Assembly (NCBI RefSeq): GCF_000195755.1
Contig: NC_002937.3
Coordinates: 2,370,001 to 2,402,000 of the forward strand
DNA from: Nitratidesulfovibrio vulgaris str. Hildenborough
GTDB taxonomy: Bacteria; Desulfobacterota; Desulfovibrionia; Desulfovibrionales; Desulfovibrionaceae
Direction of reading: 5' to 3'
DNA: 32,000 nt
Below the pieces are notes generated by a model. The model was not told where the DNA came from and made no database searches. It worked only from the letters and a program-made list of their open reading frames with translations. A program made the position numbers and the translations under genes. This document shows, piece by piece, positions 16,908 through 26,734 of the stretch (position 1 is the stretch's first letter; each line of letters starts with the position of its first letter).

Positions 16908-17350
16908 GTCACGCTCCCTGACGTCACTGCTTCGACGTCTCTGTCCGCCCCGCCCGGCAGTACGGGCACACAGGCGTCTTCAGGTAAAAACAAAGCGGGA
17001 GACGCATGAGACATGCGACCCCGCCAACACGAAACCACGGTAGAAGGACGATGCTGATACGCTAACGTCTATACCTTTATGCAACGGCCTCCAAAAAACG
17101 TATCGCGCCGGTCATGGTCTCCCATCCGACGCGAACTTGCGGCACATGTGCGTTGCACACGGCTTTGCCTATAGCACATTCTCATGCGCACAAAGCCCTG
17201 TTCATACACCACGTATATGTTTCTGACAACTCGACGTCCCGACATTCACCTTCAGGTCGTAGCACGTGGAACATTCGCTAATCCATACGGATACACAGTG
17301 CACAGCGGTTTGCCATGCACGGGGACTTCGAAAGTCACACGGCAACGAGA

Positions 17351-17407
17351 CATGACAGAAGCCCCCGCATTCCTTGCAGAATGCGGGGGCCGCGACATCT
17401 GTCATGC
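17351..17407 (-). terminator. Composite hairpin terminator downstream of the chemoreceptor gene
   Basis: The inner perfect 12-bp stem is GCCCCCGCATTC (17361-17372) / GAATGCGGGGGC (17379-17390). The outer 9-bp stem is CATGACAGA (17351-17359) / TCTGTCATG (17399-17407). It starts 7 nt after the stop at 17414-17416. Confidence 0.6.
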
Positions 17408-17413
17408 AGCCTG

Positions 17414-19744
17414 TCAGGACTTCATGCCCTCAATGATACGTTCGAGCTCGCTCGCCATGTCAGCCACTTCGGTGATGGCTGCCGCCGACTGGCTCATGCC
17501 CTCTGCCGTGTCGCTGGAGATGACGTTGATCTCTTCCGTGGCGCGGGCTATCTGCTCCGACGCCGCCGACTGCTCTTCAGCTGCCGTGGCGATGGAGCGC
17601 ACCTGATCAGCCGTGCCCACCGAAAGCTGGACGATGGTCTTGAGCGAAGCCCCGGCATCGCCTGCGCGTGCCACAGAGGTCTCTGCATCGCCACCTGCCA
17701 GCCCCATGAGTTCGACCGTCTTGCGGGTCACGCCCTGTATGGCACGGATGGCGTTCCCCACATCGTTGGTGGCGCCCATGGTCTTCTCGGCGAGTTTACG
17801 CACCTCGTCGGCGACGACGGCGAAGCCACGCCCCGCCTCGCCAGCCCGCGCCGCCTCGATGGCGGCATTGAGCGCCAGCAGGTTGGTCTGGTCGGCCACA
17901 TCTGAAATCATGTCCACGATGGTGCCGATACCATCGGCCTGCCGACCAAGTTCCTCAAGACTCACACCCATCTCGTGCATCCTGTCCCGCAACGCACCTA
18001 TGGATGCCACAGCGTCCTGCACCACCCCGGCACCCTTCTCTGCACTCTCGCGGGCCGTGTCGGCACTGGTGACGGCCTCGCCCGCGTTCCGCGCCACCTC
18101 AAGGATGGAGGCGTTCATCTGCTCCACGGCGGCAGCCGTCTCGCTGATGCGCGTCTTCTGCACCTCGGTGCCGCGACTCGACTCGTCTATCTGCGCCGAA
18201 AGCTCTTCGGCGGCAGCGGAGAGACGGGCCGACACGTCCATGGCGCGACGTGCCGCCTCCGCGATGCGGGCATGTTGCGCTTCGACCTCGCGCTGCTTCT
18301 CGATGATGTCGGTGATGTCCATCCAGAACGCGATGGAACCGAGCAACTCGCCGTCCATGTCATAGAAGGGTGTCGTCGCCACGTTGAGATGGACTTCACG
18401 CCCTGATGGTGCGTTCCATACCGCCACGTCATGCAGGTCGGTGCGACTCTTGATGGCCTTGTCGGAGAGGGTCTCCCGGTTGGGGTCGCGCCAGTAGAAC
18501 TCGCCGGAACGCATCCCGTAGTAGTCCTGCGGTTTTCCGGTACGCTCCAGCAGCTTGAGGATATGCTCGTTGGCCCATGTCATGGTGAAGTCGGGGCCGA
18601 CGATGCCGCACGGCGTGGGTATGCCCTTCAGCACGCCCTGTGCGAAACCGAGTTCAGCCTTGATCTTTGTCTTCATGTGGTCGACATCGGCGGCGAGGTC
18701 GGCGAATTCGCAACTGAACCTCCCCTGCGGCACGGTAGAGAAGTCACCGGCGGCAATCTCGCCCGTGTAGCGCTGCAACGCCCCCAGCGGGAGAATGACG
18801 AGCCTGCGCAGCACCATGACGAGGACACCCGCAAGCACCAGTGACGCCACGACACTGATGCCGATGATGACCATGCCGAGGCTGCGCGCCGCAGCCAGCA
18901 CCTCTGACTCGTTGATGTTGGCAGCCAGTATCCACCCGGTCTGGGGGACGGTGGCGAAAGCGGCGAATTTGGCCTCGCCATCTGAGACGTATCGCATGAA
19001 GCCGTTCTTGCGCCGCAACATCTCCGAGACGGACGAAAGGCTTGTTCCGCTTGTCATGACCAACGCAGGATTGGGATGCGAGAGGAAGGTCCCCTTCTCG
19101 TCGACGAGGAAGAGATACCCCGTCTCGCCGTTCGTTACGGACTTCAAGACTTCCTTTTCGAACTCATGGAAATTGAACGAGACCTGAACCCCGCCCAGCA
19201 GTTTGCCATTCTCGGGGTCGCGCACGGGCACGGCGATGCGCAGGGCAAGCCGTCCCCCCTCGACGCTGTAAAGCTCACGCGCGATGGCGACATTCGCACC
19301 GGACAGCACCTGTGCAACGACCGGATGCTTCTTCTTGTTCTCGCCCCGTTCGTCCTTGTTGGCGGCATTGAAACCTGCAACAGCTTCCCCTGCGGTATCG
19401 AAGGTGTAAGCCGACCAGATTTCCGGATAGGTGGCAAGATAGTCCTTGAAACGGCGTTGCGCCGTCTCGCCCTCATCCACCCCTGAACGCAGGGCGACGA
19501 CAACGGCACGCTGCCGTGCCAGCCCCTCGCACAACTTCTGAAGATTGCGGATGTAGACCTCTGTCGCCGTCTCCACCGCACCCATCAGGGTCTCGGTCGC
19601 CTCACGACGGGACGCCTCCGCGTAGGAAGTCACGGCATTCACCGCATACCAGCCCAGACCTCCGAATCCCAGAAGCAACAAGCCGACGAGAAGCACCGTC
19701 ACGCGATTGTTGAGCCTGTCGAAAAAACCCTTGCGCACTTCCAC
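17414..19744 (-). CDS. Methyl-accepting chemotaxis protein (TM - dCache-like periplasmic domain - TM - HAMP - PAS - MA signalling domain)
   Basis: GTG start at 19744, with GGGAGG 7 nt upstream. The signalling hairpin motif [37 protein letters not shown] is present. A PAS-like segment lies between the HAMP and MA domains. Confidence 0.93.
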   Translation of the reverse strand: MEVRKGFFDRLNNRVTVLLVGLLLLGFGGLGWYAVNAVTSYAEASRREATETLMGAVETATEVYIRNLQKLCEGLARQRAVVVALRSGVDEGETAQRRFKDYLATYPEIWSAYTFDTAGEAVAGFNAANKDERGENKKKHPVVAQVLSGANVAIARELYSVEGGRLALRIAVPVRDPENGKLLGGVQVSFNFHEFEKEVLKSVTNGETGYLFLVDEKGTFLSHPNPALVMTSGTSLSSVSEMLRRKNGFMRYVSDGEAKFAAFATVPQTGWILAANINESEVLAAARSLGMVIIGISVVASLVLAGVLVMVLRRLVILPLGALQRYTGEIAAGDFSTVPQGRFSCEFADLAADVDHMKTKIKAELGFAQGVLKGIPTPCGIVGPDFTMTWANEHILKLLERTGKPQDYYGMRSGEFYWRDPNRETLSDKAIKSRTDLHDVAVWNAPSGREVHLNVATTPFYDMDGELLGSIAFWMDITDIIEKQREVEAQHARIAEAARRAMDVSARLSAAAEELSAQIDESSRGTEVQKTRISETAAAVEQMNASILEVARNAGEAVTSADTARESAEKGAGVVQDAVASIGALRDRMHEMGVSLEELGRQADGIGTIVDMISDVADQTNLLALNAAIEAARAGEAGRGFAVVADEVRKLAEKTMGATNDVGNAIRAIQGVTRKTVELMGLAGGDAETSVARAGDAGASLKTIVQLSVGTADQVRSIATAAEEQSAASEQIARATEEINVISSDTAEGMSQSAAAITEVADMASELERIIEGMKS

Positions 19745-20171
19745 TGCCAGCCTCCCGAAGATACTTTATCTACCAATCGTCGATTATTCCGTTAACTTTA
19801 TGGGGTTTTGCACTAACAGGAGGTGATTTTTCAATACCCTACCCGCATACCCTACCTGCCATATACGCAGTATGCCCCCTGCACGCGTTCACTCACAACA
19901 CACATTCATCAAACGTTCATTTTAAAAATACAGCCCATGGCATCTATCGTAGCGGCATCGTCAAAAGTCGCAATACGGTTATTATGTGACACGCTGTCCG
20001 CATCGCAGACCTGTGCGCCTCCAGACCGCAACGGTACTTGGCAACCGTGCCCCGTTGGGCTACGCCAAAGGCCCACCGTGGACTTCGAGGTGCAGACAGG
20101 ACGGACACTCCGCCCAAGACGGAGGTGCACGATCATTCTCCGCGAGTCTGCCGGGAAATGGACGATCACAC

Positions 20172-20918
20172 ATGTACAGAAAGAACATCGCTCGACGCCA
20201 CAAGCCCGCGCAGCCGAAACGAAGCCTGATGAAGGTCTTCTGGCTTTGCCTCGCCGCCATCGTCACTCTGGCTGCCGCGGATGTGCTACGCTACGCGGTC
20301 TGGCCCGATGTGGACGACCTCGTGACAGCACAGCCGCAGACAACGGCACTCATCGAACAACGTCGTGGCGAAGCCGAAGACGTGGGCAAGACATTCCGGG
20401 TGCGCCGCACATGGGTTCCCCTCAAACGCATCTCGCCGCACCTCATCCGCGCCGTGACCATCGCCGAGGATGACAAATTCTGGGGACATGAAGGATTCGA
20501 CGTGGACGGCATGGAGGACGCGTTACGCCGCAATCTCGAGAAGGGACGCCTTGCCGCAGGGGGCAGCACCATCACCCAGCAGCTGGCGAAGAACCTCTAT
20601 CTCGGCACGGAACGCAGCCTCTCACGCAAGCTGAAAGAGGCGATTCTCGCAGTCCGTCTCGAAGATGCCCTTTCAAAGCGGCGCATCATCGAACTGTATC
20701 TGAACGTCGTCGAATGGGGCGACGGCATCTTCGGTGCCGAAGAGGCGGCACGGGCGCACTTCGGGGTTGCGGCGGCGAACCTGTCACCTGAACAGTCCGC
20801 CCGCCTAGCCGTGGTACTGCCCAATCCCCGAAAGTGGTCGGCACGCAACCCTCCCCGCCACATACGGCAGAAGACCGCCATCATCCTCTCGCGCATGGAA
20901 CGCAGAGGGCTCATCTGA
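20172..20918 (+). CDS. mtgA: Monofunctional biosynthetic peptidoglycan transglycosylase (GT51)
   Basis: GT51 motifs are AEDDKFWGHEGFD, GGSTITQQLAKN and RKLKEAILAVRLE. The track ORF starts at GTG 19986. I chose ATG 20172, which gives a basic N-terminus followed by a TM helix and 248 aa. ATG 20229 is also possible. Confidence 0.88.
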   Translation: MYRKNIARRHKPAQPKRSLMKVFWLCLAAIVTLAAADVLRYAVWPDVDDLVTAQPQTTALIEQRRGEAEDVGKTFRVRRTWVPLKRISPHLIRAVTIAEDDKFWGHEGFDVDGMEDALRRNLEKGRLAAGGSTITQQLAKNLYLGTERSLSRKLKEAILAVRLEDALSKRRIIELYLNVVEWGDGIFGAEEAARAHFGVAAANLSPEQSARLAVVLPNPRKWSARNPPRHIRQKTAIILSRMERRGLI

Positions 20919-20972
20919 ACACGCCCCGCTCTTCAGTACAGGGGCAGACGGCACTGCCTCGCACACGATGAA

Positions 20973-21000
20973 GCCCCCGGAACGCAGTCGTTCCGGGGGC
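20973..21000. terminator. Bidirectional terminator hairpin between the convergent mtgA and proX
   Basis: GCCCCCGGAACG (20973-20984) pairs perfectly with CGTTCCGGGGGC (20989-21000) around a CAGT loop. Smaller hairpins flank it. Confidence 0.6.
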
Positions 21001-21130
21001 CTGTCGTCATCACGAGAATGCCTGTCATGGCAGGTGCATAGTGCACCCTTGTCCTACAGAGGTTCTGGATTCGCAAGGCAGCAGGTGAAGCGGACGCCTC
21101 ATTCAGTCCCACAGCCCTGAAAATGCGCCT

Positions 21131-21988
21131 CTACTTCGCCAGCCAGCTGTCCACCAGCGCAGGGTGCTCCTTCATGAAGCGACGGGCGTTGGTCAGCGGG
21201 TCGGCCCCTTCCTCGTTGTTCCACGCCATGAGGGTCTGCAACTGGGCCGTATCCGCATAGGCGAAGCGGTCGAGAAAGGCGAAGACCTCGGGCATGTCCT
21301 TGTCCAGCCCCTTGCGTACCACCGTGTGGATGGATTCCATCCCGCCCAGGGCGCCCTTGGGGTCGTCAAGGTACTTCAGTTGCCAGCGTCCGAACATCCA
21401 GTGCGGCGACCACGCGGTGACCACAATCCATTCCTTGCGGCGGATGGCGTCGGCAAGGGCCGCCGTCATGGTCGCCCCACTGCCCTCCACAAGCTGCATC
21501 TTCTTGAGGCCGTATGCCTTGATGGCATCCTCCGACATACGCATGAGTCCGGCACCGGGGTCGATACCGATGATGCGCCCGCCGAAACGGTCAGCAGCGG
21601 CGTCGAGTTCGGCGATGGAGTTCACCGTCACATAGTCGGGTACCGCCCAGCCAAGGCGCGCACCGTCCACCAGCGGGCCGAGGTCGCGCACCTTGCCTTC
21701 AAGACGTTTGAGGTAGTCGCCGTGCGTGACGGGCAACCACGCCGTGACCGTGGCGTCCACGTCGCCCGAAGCCACAGCCATCCACATGGCACCGGCACTG
21801 ACCGGAAGAAGCTCGACCTTGCGGTGCAACCTGTCTTCGATGGCGGCCTTGACGAGATTGCTCGTGGCGCGGGCGCAATCCCATTCCACATAGGCGATGC
21901 GCACGGGCTTCGCGTCCTTCGAGGCGGCCTGTGCCGCACCGGTGAAGGCAAGAAGGAACGCCACTGCCAGCAGAATGATCTTTTTCAT
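21131..21988 (-). CDS. proX: Glycine betaine/proline-type ABC transporter substrate-binding protein (ProX/OpuAC family)
   Basis: AGGAGA precedes ATG 21988. The Sec signal peptide is MKKIILLAVAFLLAFTGAAQA|A. The mature part resembles OpuAC-type binding proteins. It sits in an operon with the permease and ATPase. Confidence 0.88.
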   Translation of the reverse strand: MKKIILLAVAFLLAFTGAAQAASKDAKPVRIAYVEWDCARATSNLVKAAIEDRLHRKVELLPVSAGAMWMAVASGDVDATVTAWLPVTHGDYLKRLEGKVRDLGPLVDGARLGWAVPDYVTVNSIAELDAAADRFGGRIIGIDPGAGLMRMSEDAIKAYGLKKMQLVEGSGATMTAALADAIRRKEWIVVTAWSPHWMFGRWQLKYLDDPKGALGGMESIHTVVRKGLDKDMPEVFAFLDRFAYADTAQLQTLMAWNNEEGADPLTNARRFMKEHPALVDSWLAK

Positions 21989-22145
21989 GGTTTCTCCTCT
22001 GGTTTGCCGGGGACCCCGGACGGGAACGGAATGGCGGGGAGAACCGCCGCGTGCGGCACCGGAGGCTGCAAGCCCCCGGCACACGCACCGTGATCGGTGA
22101 CAGGCGCGCTGACTCGATGAGAACGCAGCGCGGCCTGACGAGGTG

Positions 22146-22997
22146 CTACCTGTCGACGGAACTGCGGCGCCCTATGTGCTGGAGCACCCGGTCGAGGCAT
22201 ATGGCGACGATGACGATACCGATGCCCGCCTCGAAGCCGCTGCCCAGTTCGAGCCTCTGGATGGCCTTCCACACCTCGCCGCCAAGGCCGCGCGCACCGA
22301 TCATGGCTGCGATGACGACCATGGAGAGCGCCAGCATGATGGTCTGGTTCACGCCAGCGAGGATGGTGGGGGCTGCCAGCGGCAGTTCCAGCTTGACCAG
22401 CCGCTGCCAGCGACTGGTGCCGAACGCCTCTGCGCATTCCACGAGGTCGTCGGGGACCTGCCGGATGCCGAGGCACGTGAAGCGAATGGCAGGGGGCATG
22501 GCGAACACCACAGTGGCGAACACCGCCGCCACCTTGCCGAGACCGAAGAACGGGATGGCGGGAATGAGATAGACGAACGCGGGCATGGTCTGCATGAGGT
22601 CGAGCACCGGCATGAGCACCTTGCGCACCGTGACGTTGACCGCCGCGGCGATGCCCAGGGGCACGCCTGTCACCACAGCCAGCGCCGTGGCCACGAGCAC
22701 GAGGGCTATGGTGCTCATGGTGGCCTCCCACAGGCCGAGGTTCCATATGAGCCCGAAGCCCAGCAGGGCGAACGCACCGATGCCCGGCTTGCGCGTGGCA
22801 CGCCATGCCAGCAGCGCCACCACGGGTATGAAGGCCCACGGAGGAATGGAGCCGAGCAATGATTCGAGCATGTCGATGCCATTGCCAGCCACTGTGGAGA
22901 AGGCACGCGTTGCGCCGGAGCACCACTCCACCATGTTGTCGGTGAAGGCTTCGAGCCATGCCCCGAGGGGGATGCGTGGAATTTGGACGGACATCAT
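22146..22997 (-). CDS. proW: Glycine betaine/proline ABC transporter permease (ProW/OpuAB family)
   Basis: Polytopic membrane protein with an EAA-type loop (ECAEAFGTSRWQRLVKLELPLAAPTILAGVNQ). Its start overlaps the proV stop (ATGA). Confidence 0.9.
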   Translation of the reverse strand: MMSVQIPRIPLGAWLEAFTDNMVEWCSGATRAFSTVAGNGIDMLESLLGSIPPWAFIPVVALLAWRATRKPGIGAFALLGFGLIWNLGLWEATMSTIALVLVATALAVVTGVPLGIAAAVNVTVRKVLMPVLDLMQTMPAFVYLIPAIPFFGLGKVAAVFATVVFAMPPAIRFTCLGIRQVPDDLVECAEAFGTSRWQRLVKLELPLAAPTILAGVNQTIMLALSMVVIAAMIGARGLGGEVWKAIQRLELGSGFEAGIGIVIVAICLDRVLQHIGRRSSVDR

Positions 22998-24187
22998 GCG
23001 ACACCTCCGCGTTCGGCAAGCGCCCCCAGCAGCAGACCGCGAACGATGACGCCAGCCAGCCTGCCACGTTCGTCCACGACAGCCAGCGGATGCGGCAGGT
23101 CTGCCATGAGGGATATGAGTTCCGTAGCCGGGGCTTCTGGTGGAACCGTGGCGATGTCACGTCTGACGATGGAACCAAGCTCGCGTACGCCCTCGGCGGC
23201 GAGGCGCGCCGCATCGTCTGCGGTGATGAGCCCCACCAGCCTGTGCCGTTCGTCCAGCACGAAGAGCGTTGCGATGGCGTTACGCCGCATCTTGCGCAGG
23301 GCGGTGCGGGGGCCGTCTATGCCGAGCACCGCCACGGCTTCGGAGCGCTTCATGACGCTGCCAGCCGTGAGCACCTTGGTCACATCGGCCTCGCCCACGA
23401 AGCGGGCGACATAGTCGTCGGCAGGATTGGTGAGGATGTCCTCGGGCGTGCCTATCTGCACCACCGCCCCGTCGCGCATGAGCACGATGCGGTCACCCAG
23501 TTTGAGGGCCTCGTCGAGGTCATGACTGATGAACACGATGGTCTTCTGCAGGTCGTCCTGCAACCGCAGCAGTTCGTCCTGCATGTCACGCCGGATGAGT
23601 GGGTCGAGCGCGCTGAACGCCTCGTCCATGAGCAGGATGTCGGGGTCGAGGGAGAGGGCCCTTGCAAGCCCCACACGCTGTTGCATGCCCCCGGACAGCT
23701 GCGCGGGACGCGATGCGGCCCACTCTGCGAGCCCCACCCTTTCGAGCGAGACCATGGCCTGACGCTCGCGTTCGGCACGGGGCACGCCCATGGCCTCTAG
23801 GCCGAAGGCGGCATTCTGCAGCACAGTGCGGTGCGGGAAGAGGGCGAAGTTCTGGAAGACCATCCCGAAGCTGCGTTGCCGAAGGCGTCGCAACTCGTCG
23901 ACGGGCATGGAGGTCACGTCCCGGCCGTCGACGGTGACGGTTCCGGCCGTGGGTTCGATGAGGCGGTTGAGGCAGCGTACCAATGTGGATTTACCGCTGC
24001 CGGAGAGACCCATGACCACGACGATCTCGCCCTCCTCCACATCGAAGGAGGCACGGTCGACACCCACGGCATGGCTTGTGCGGCGGTGGATTTCCTCCTT
24101 GCCGAGCCCCTGCTCGAGAAGACCGAGGGCCTTCTCGGGGTGTGGACCGAAGATCTTGGTCAGGTTCCTGATGGAAAGTTTCGACAT
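22994..24187 (-). CDS. proV: Glycine betaine/proline ABC transporter ATPase with C-terminal tandem CBS domains (ProV/OpuAA family)
   Basis: AGGAGGGAG precedes ATG 24187; the track ORF extends spuriously to 24307. Motifs are Walker A GLSGSGKST, signature LSGGMQQR and Walker B ILLMDEAFSALD, followed by a CBS-pair-like tail. Confidence 0.92.
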   Translation of the reverse strand: MSKLSIRNLTKIFGPHPEKALGLLEQGLGKEEIHRRTSHAVGVDRASFDVEEGEIVVVMGLSGSGKSTLVRCLNRLIEPTAGTVTVDGRDVTSMPVDELRRLRQRSFGMVFQNFALFPHRTVLQNAAFGLEAMGVPRAERERQAMVSLERVGLAEWAASRPAQLSGGMQQRVGLARALSLDPDILLMDEAFSALDPLIRRDMQDELLRLQDDLQKTIVFISHDLDEALKLGDRIVLMRDGAVVQIGTPEDILTNPADDYVARFVGEADVTKVLTAGSVMKRSEAVAVLGIDGPRTALRKMRRNAIATLFVLDERHRLVGLITADDAARLAAEGVRELGSIVRRDIATVPPEAPATELISLMADLPHPLAVVDERGRLAGVIVRGLLLGALAERGGVA

Positions 24188-24355
24188 GCTCCCTCCTGTT
24201 GGATGTCGCGGGGTGGAAGACACCCCGTCGGGCACCGGCCCGACAACGGAAGGGAGGACAGCGAACGCCGCCCGCAAAACGGGCACGCGGAAGGCGCAAG
24301 GCTGCAACCGCGACGCATGGCATCATTCGCTCGATAGTGCGGAATGAAAGACCAC

Positions 24356-24391
24356 ACACATGGGCAGGCTGCTCTGCCCAAGCCCATGTGT
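24356..24391 (-). promoter_or_regulatory. Nested/alternative hairpins in the proV upstream (leader or operator) region
   Basis: The outer pair is ACACATGGGC (24356-24365) / GCCCATGTGT (24382-24391). The inner pair GGGCAG (24362-24367) / CTGCCC (24374-24379) shares the GGGC bases. The element lies 170-205 nt upstream of the proV ATG. Confidence 0.35.
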
Positions 24392-24640
24392 CGCACATCC
24401 TCCTGGATTGAAAACGTATGTAATAACTGCACTTGAAAGGACAATCATGCTTCTTTGAAAAGGAGCAAAATCATCCATTGTGGAGGACATGCTACAGCAA
24501 TGTCGTCATCATGTCCAGCACAACACATGCACATAGCGCATATGCACACATGGAACATACCTTATGCATCATGAAAGCCGACATTGTACCCGCCACAGAC
24601 TTACGGTAAGCTCTGACATCCCAAGCCAAAGGAACCCTCG

Positions 24641-26659
24641 ATGCAGCTACCCCTTCTGCCGGACATCGTCGTCCTCTTCTGTCTCTCGATAGGCGTTCTG
24701 CTCGTCTGCCACCGGGTGCGCCTGCCCGCCATCGTCGGCTTCCTCATCACGGGTGTGTTGTGCGGCCCTTCGGCACTGGGGCTCGTCTCCGCTGTGCATG
24801 AGGTCGAACTCATGGCCGAGATTGGCGTGGTTCTGCTCATGTTCACCATCGGCATGGAACTCTCCGGCGATGAGCTGTCGCGCCTGCGCAAGCCCGTCTT
24901 CATCGGCGGCACTGCACAGGTGGGTCTGACGGTAGCCGTCTTCGCGGGCATAGCCCTGCTGCACGGACAGACGCTCTCCGAAGGCATCCTGTTCGGATTT
25001 CTCGCCGCCCTCTCTTCCACCGCCATCGTTCTGAGCCTCTTGCAGCAACGCGCACAGACCGAGAGTCCGCAAGGACGCATCGCCCTTTCCGTGCTCATCT
25101 TCCAGGACATCGCCATCGTCCCCATGATGCTGGCCATTCCGCTGCTGGCGGGAACCATCACGGCAGACGCGAAGTCGCTCGCCCTCTCGGTGGGCCGCAC
25201 CGTCGCCGTTCTCGGCGGTCTCGTCCTTCTGGCGCGTTATGTGGTCCCGCCCCTGATGGAGCGCGTGGTACGCACCCGCAGCCGTGAACTGCTGCTGCTC
25301 ACCACGCTGGGTCTTTGCCTCGCCGTCGCCCTGCTCACATCATCCATGGGCCTTTCCCTCTCGCTGGGGGCCTTTCTTGCCGGACTGCTGTTGGCAGAGT
25401 CGGAATACAGCCTCAGCGTCATCGAAGGGGTGCTCCCCTTCCGCGACGTGTTCACCAGCCTGTTCTTCATCTCGGTGGGGATGCTGCTCGATGTGGGCTT
25501 CCTGTTCGACAACCTCGGTGCCGTACTCGCCGTCGCCGCCGCACTGGTGGTTCTCAAGGCCGCCATCGCCACTCCCGCCATCCTGCTGCTGGGCTACCCG
25601 CTACGCACCTGCATCATCGCCGCACTGGCGCTGGCCCAGATAGGTGAGTTCTCGTTCGTCCTTGCCCGGTCGGGGCTTGAGCACGGGCTTCTCGGCAAAG
25701 ATGCCTACCAGATGTTTCTTGCGGCGAGCATCATCACCATGACGCTCACCCCCGGACTGCTTGCCGTGGCACCCCGCTTCGCCCGCTACGTGTCGACGCT
25801 GCTCAAGAGTCACGAGACCTTTGATGAAGCGCACGGGGCGGCCCTGCACGACCACCTCATCGTGGTCGGCTTCGGGGTCGGCGGCAAACACCTAGCCCGG
25901 GTGGCACGAGAGGCTGGTATCGCCTACACCATCCTCGAGATGAACCCCGACACGGTGGCGCGGTACCACGGCAAGGAACCCATCCACCACGGCGACGCCA
26001 CCCACCCGCTCGTCCTCGAGCATCTCGGCGTACGGCAGGCCCGCATCCTTGCCGTGGTCATCTCCGACCCCGCAGCCGTTCGCGGCGTCACCGCGGCAGC
26101 CCGCGCCCTGAACCCTGCCCTGCACATCGTGGTGCGCACCCGCTTCCTCGGCGAAGTGACCGCCCTGCGCGACCTCGGCGCCAACGAGGTCGTCCCGGAA
26201 GAGTTCGAGACCTCCATCGAAGTCTTCAGCCGCGTTCTCACCCACTACCTCGTCCCGCGGCAGACCATCGACGGTTTCATCGACCGCATCCGGGCCGAGA
26301 ACTACGACATGCTCCGCAGCCACGACCTTCCGGGGTCGACGCTTGCCGCACTCGAGGGCGGTCTGCCCGGAGTCGCCGTCGAAGCCTACACCGTCGAAGC
26401 GGGGGCCAGCATCGCCGGACGTACGCTCCTTGAAAGCGACCTGCGGCAGCGCCATGGCGTCACTGTCGTCGCCATCCGGCGAGGGGAGACGACGCTGGCA
26501 TCCCCCGATGGCAGCATGGCGCTGCTGCCCGGCGACGTTGCCTATGTCTTCGGTGAGCCCACGGCACTGCATGACGCGGCGGCACTCTTCTCGAAGGCTA
26601 CCGGCGACGCTCCCTTCGCAGAGAGGGTGCCATCTTCGGTCTCGGAAACAGCGGCCTGA
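24641..26659 (+). CDS. CPA2-family monovalent cation:proton antiporter with C-terminal RCK (TrkA-N + TrkA-C) domains (KefB/YbaL-like)
   Basis: AAGGAA precedes the ATG. An N-terminal Na+/H+-exchanger-like membrane domain of about 380 aa is followed by a Rossmann motif (LIVVGFGVGGKHLAR) and a TrkA-C-like segment (VEAYTVEAGASIAGRTL...LLPGDVAYVFG). Confidence 0.9.
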   Translation: MQLPLLPDIVVLFCLSIGVLLVCHRVRLPAIVGFLITGVLCGPSALGLVSAVHEVELMAEIGVVLLMFTIGMELSGDELSRLRKPVFIGGTAQVGLTVAVFAGIALLHGQTLSEGILFGFLAALSSTAIVLSLLQQRAQTESPQGRIALSVLIFQDIAIVPMMLAIPLLAGTITADAKSLALSVGRTVAVLGGLVLLARYVVPPLMERVVRTRSRELLLLTTLGLCLAVALLTSSMGLSLSLGAFLAGLLLAESEYSLSVIEGVLPFRDVFTSLFFISVGMLLDVGFLFDNLGAVLAVAAALVVLKAAIATPAILLLGYPLRTCIIAALALAQIGEFSFVLARSGLEHGLLGKDAYQMFLAASIITMTLTPGLLAVAPRFARYVSTLLKSHETFDEAHGAALHDHLIVVGFGVGGKHLARVAREAGIAYTILEMNPDTVARYHGKEPIHHGDATHPLVLEHLGVRQARILAVVISDPAAVRGVTAAARALNPALHIVVRTRFLGEVTALRDLGANEVVPEEFETSIEVFSRVLTHYLVPRQTIDGFIDRIRAENYDMLRSHDLPGSTLAALEGGLPGVAVEAYTVEAGASIAGRTLLESDLRQRHGVTVVAIRRGETTLASPDGSMALLPGDVAYVFGEPTALHDAAALFSKATGDAPFAERVPSSVSETAA

Positions 26660-26734
26660 CGCACCTGCCCCCAGACAGGGTCGCCCGGTTTACCGCCGTC
26701 GCAGCCCGTGCTAGGTGAGCGCCGGAGGCTTGCC

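Noticed and set aside
17141-17156. Sigma-54-like GGCAC...TTGC elements: GGCAC-N7-TTGC at 17141-17156 and GGCAC-N4-TTGT at 31038-31050
   Set aside because: The spacing between the -24 and -12 elements is wrong, because the consensus needs 5 nt between GGCAC and TTGC. The first also points away from any gene.
17184-17606. ORFs crossing the MCP terminator (17184..17606 + and 17202..17405 -)
   Set aside because: They span a strong terminator hairpin and the 3' end of the chemoreceptor gene. They have no SD and no recognisable domains.
19823-20473. 216-aa + ORF starting at a GTG embedded in AGGAGGTG in the MCP-mtgA spacer
   Set aside because: The start codon overlaps the SD-like sequence, leaving no spacing. 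The product has no motifs and runs out of frame into mtgA. The region is better explained as divergent promoters.
21985-23214. 409-aa minus-strand ORF spanning the proW region in another frame
   Set aside because: It is an off-frame overlap with proW and the proV 3' end. It is Arg/His/Pro/Gly-rich with no motifs. The ABC permease frame is clearly the real one.
24489-24536. 15-codon mini-ORF (MLQQCRHHVQHNTCT) in the proV/antiporter divergent region, amid repeated ATGCA/CATG motifs
   Set aside because: The GGAGG lies only 2 nt from the ATG, there is no attenuator structure linked to it, and its orientation is toward the antiporter gene rather than proV. It is likely chance in an AT-rich promoter zone.
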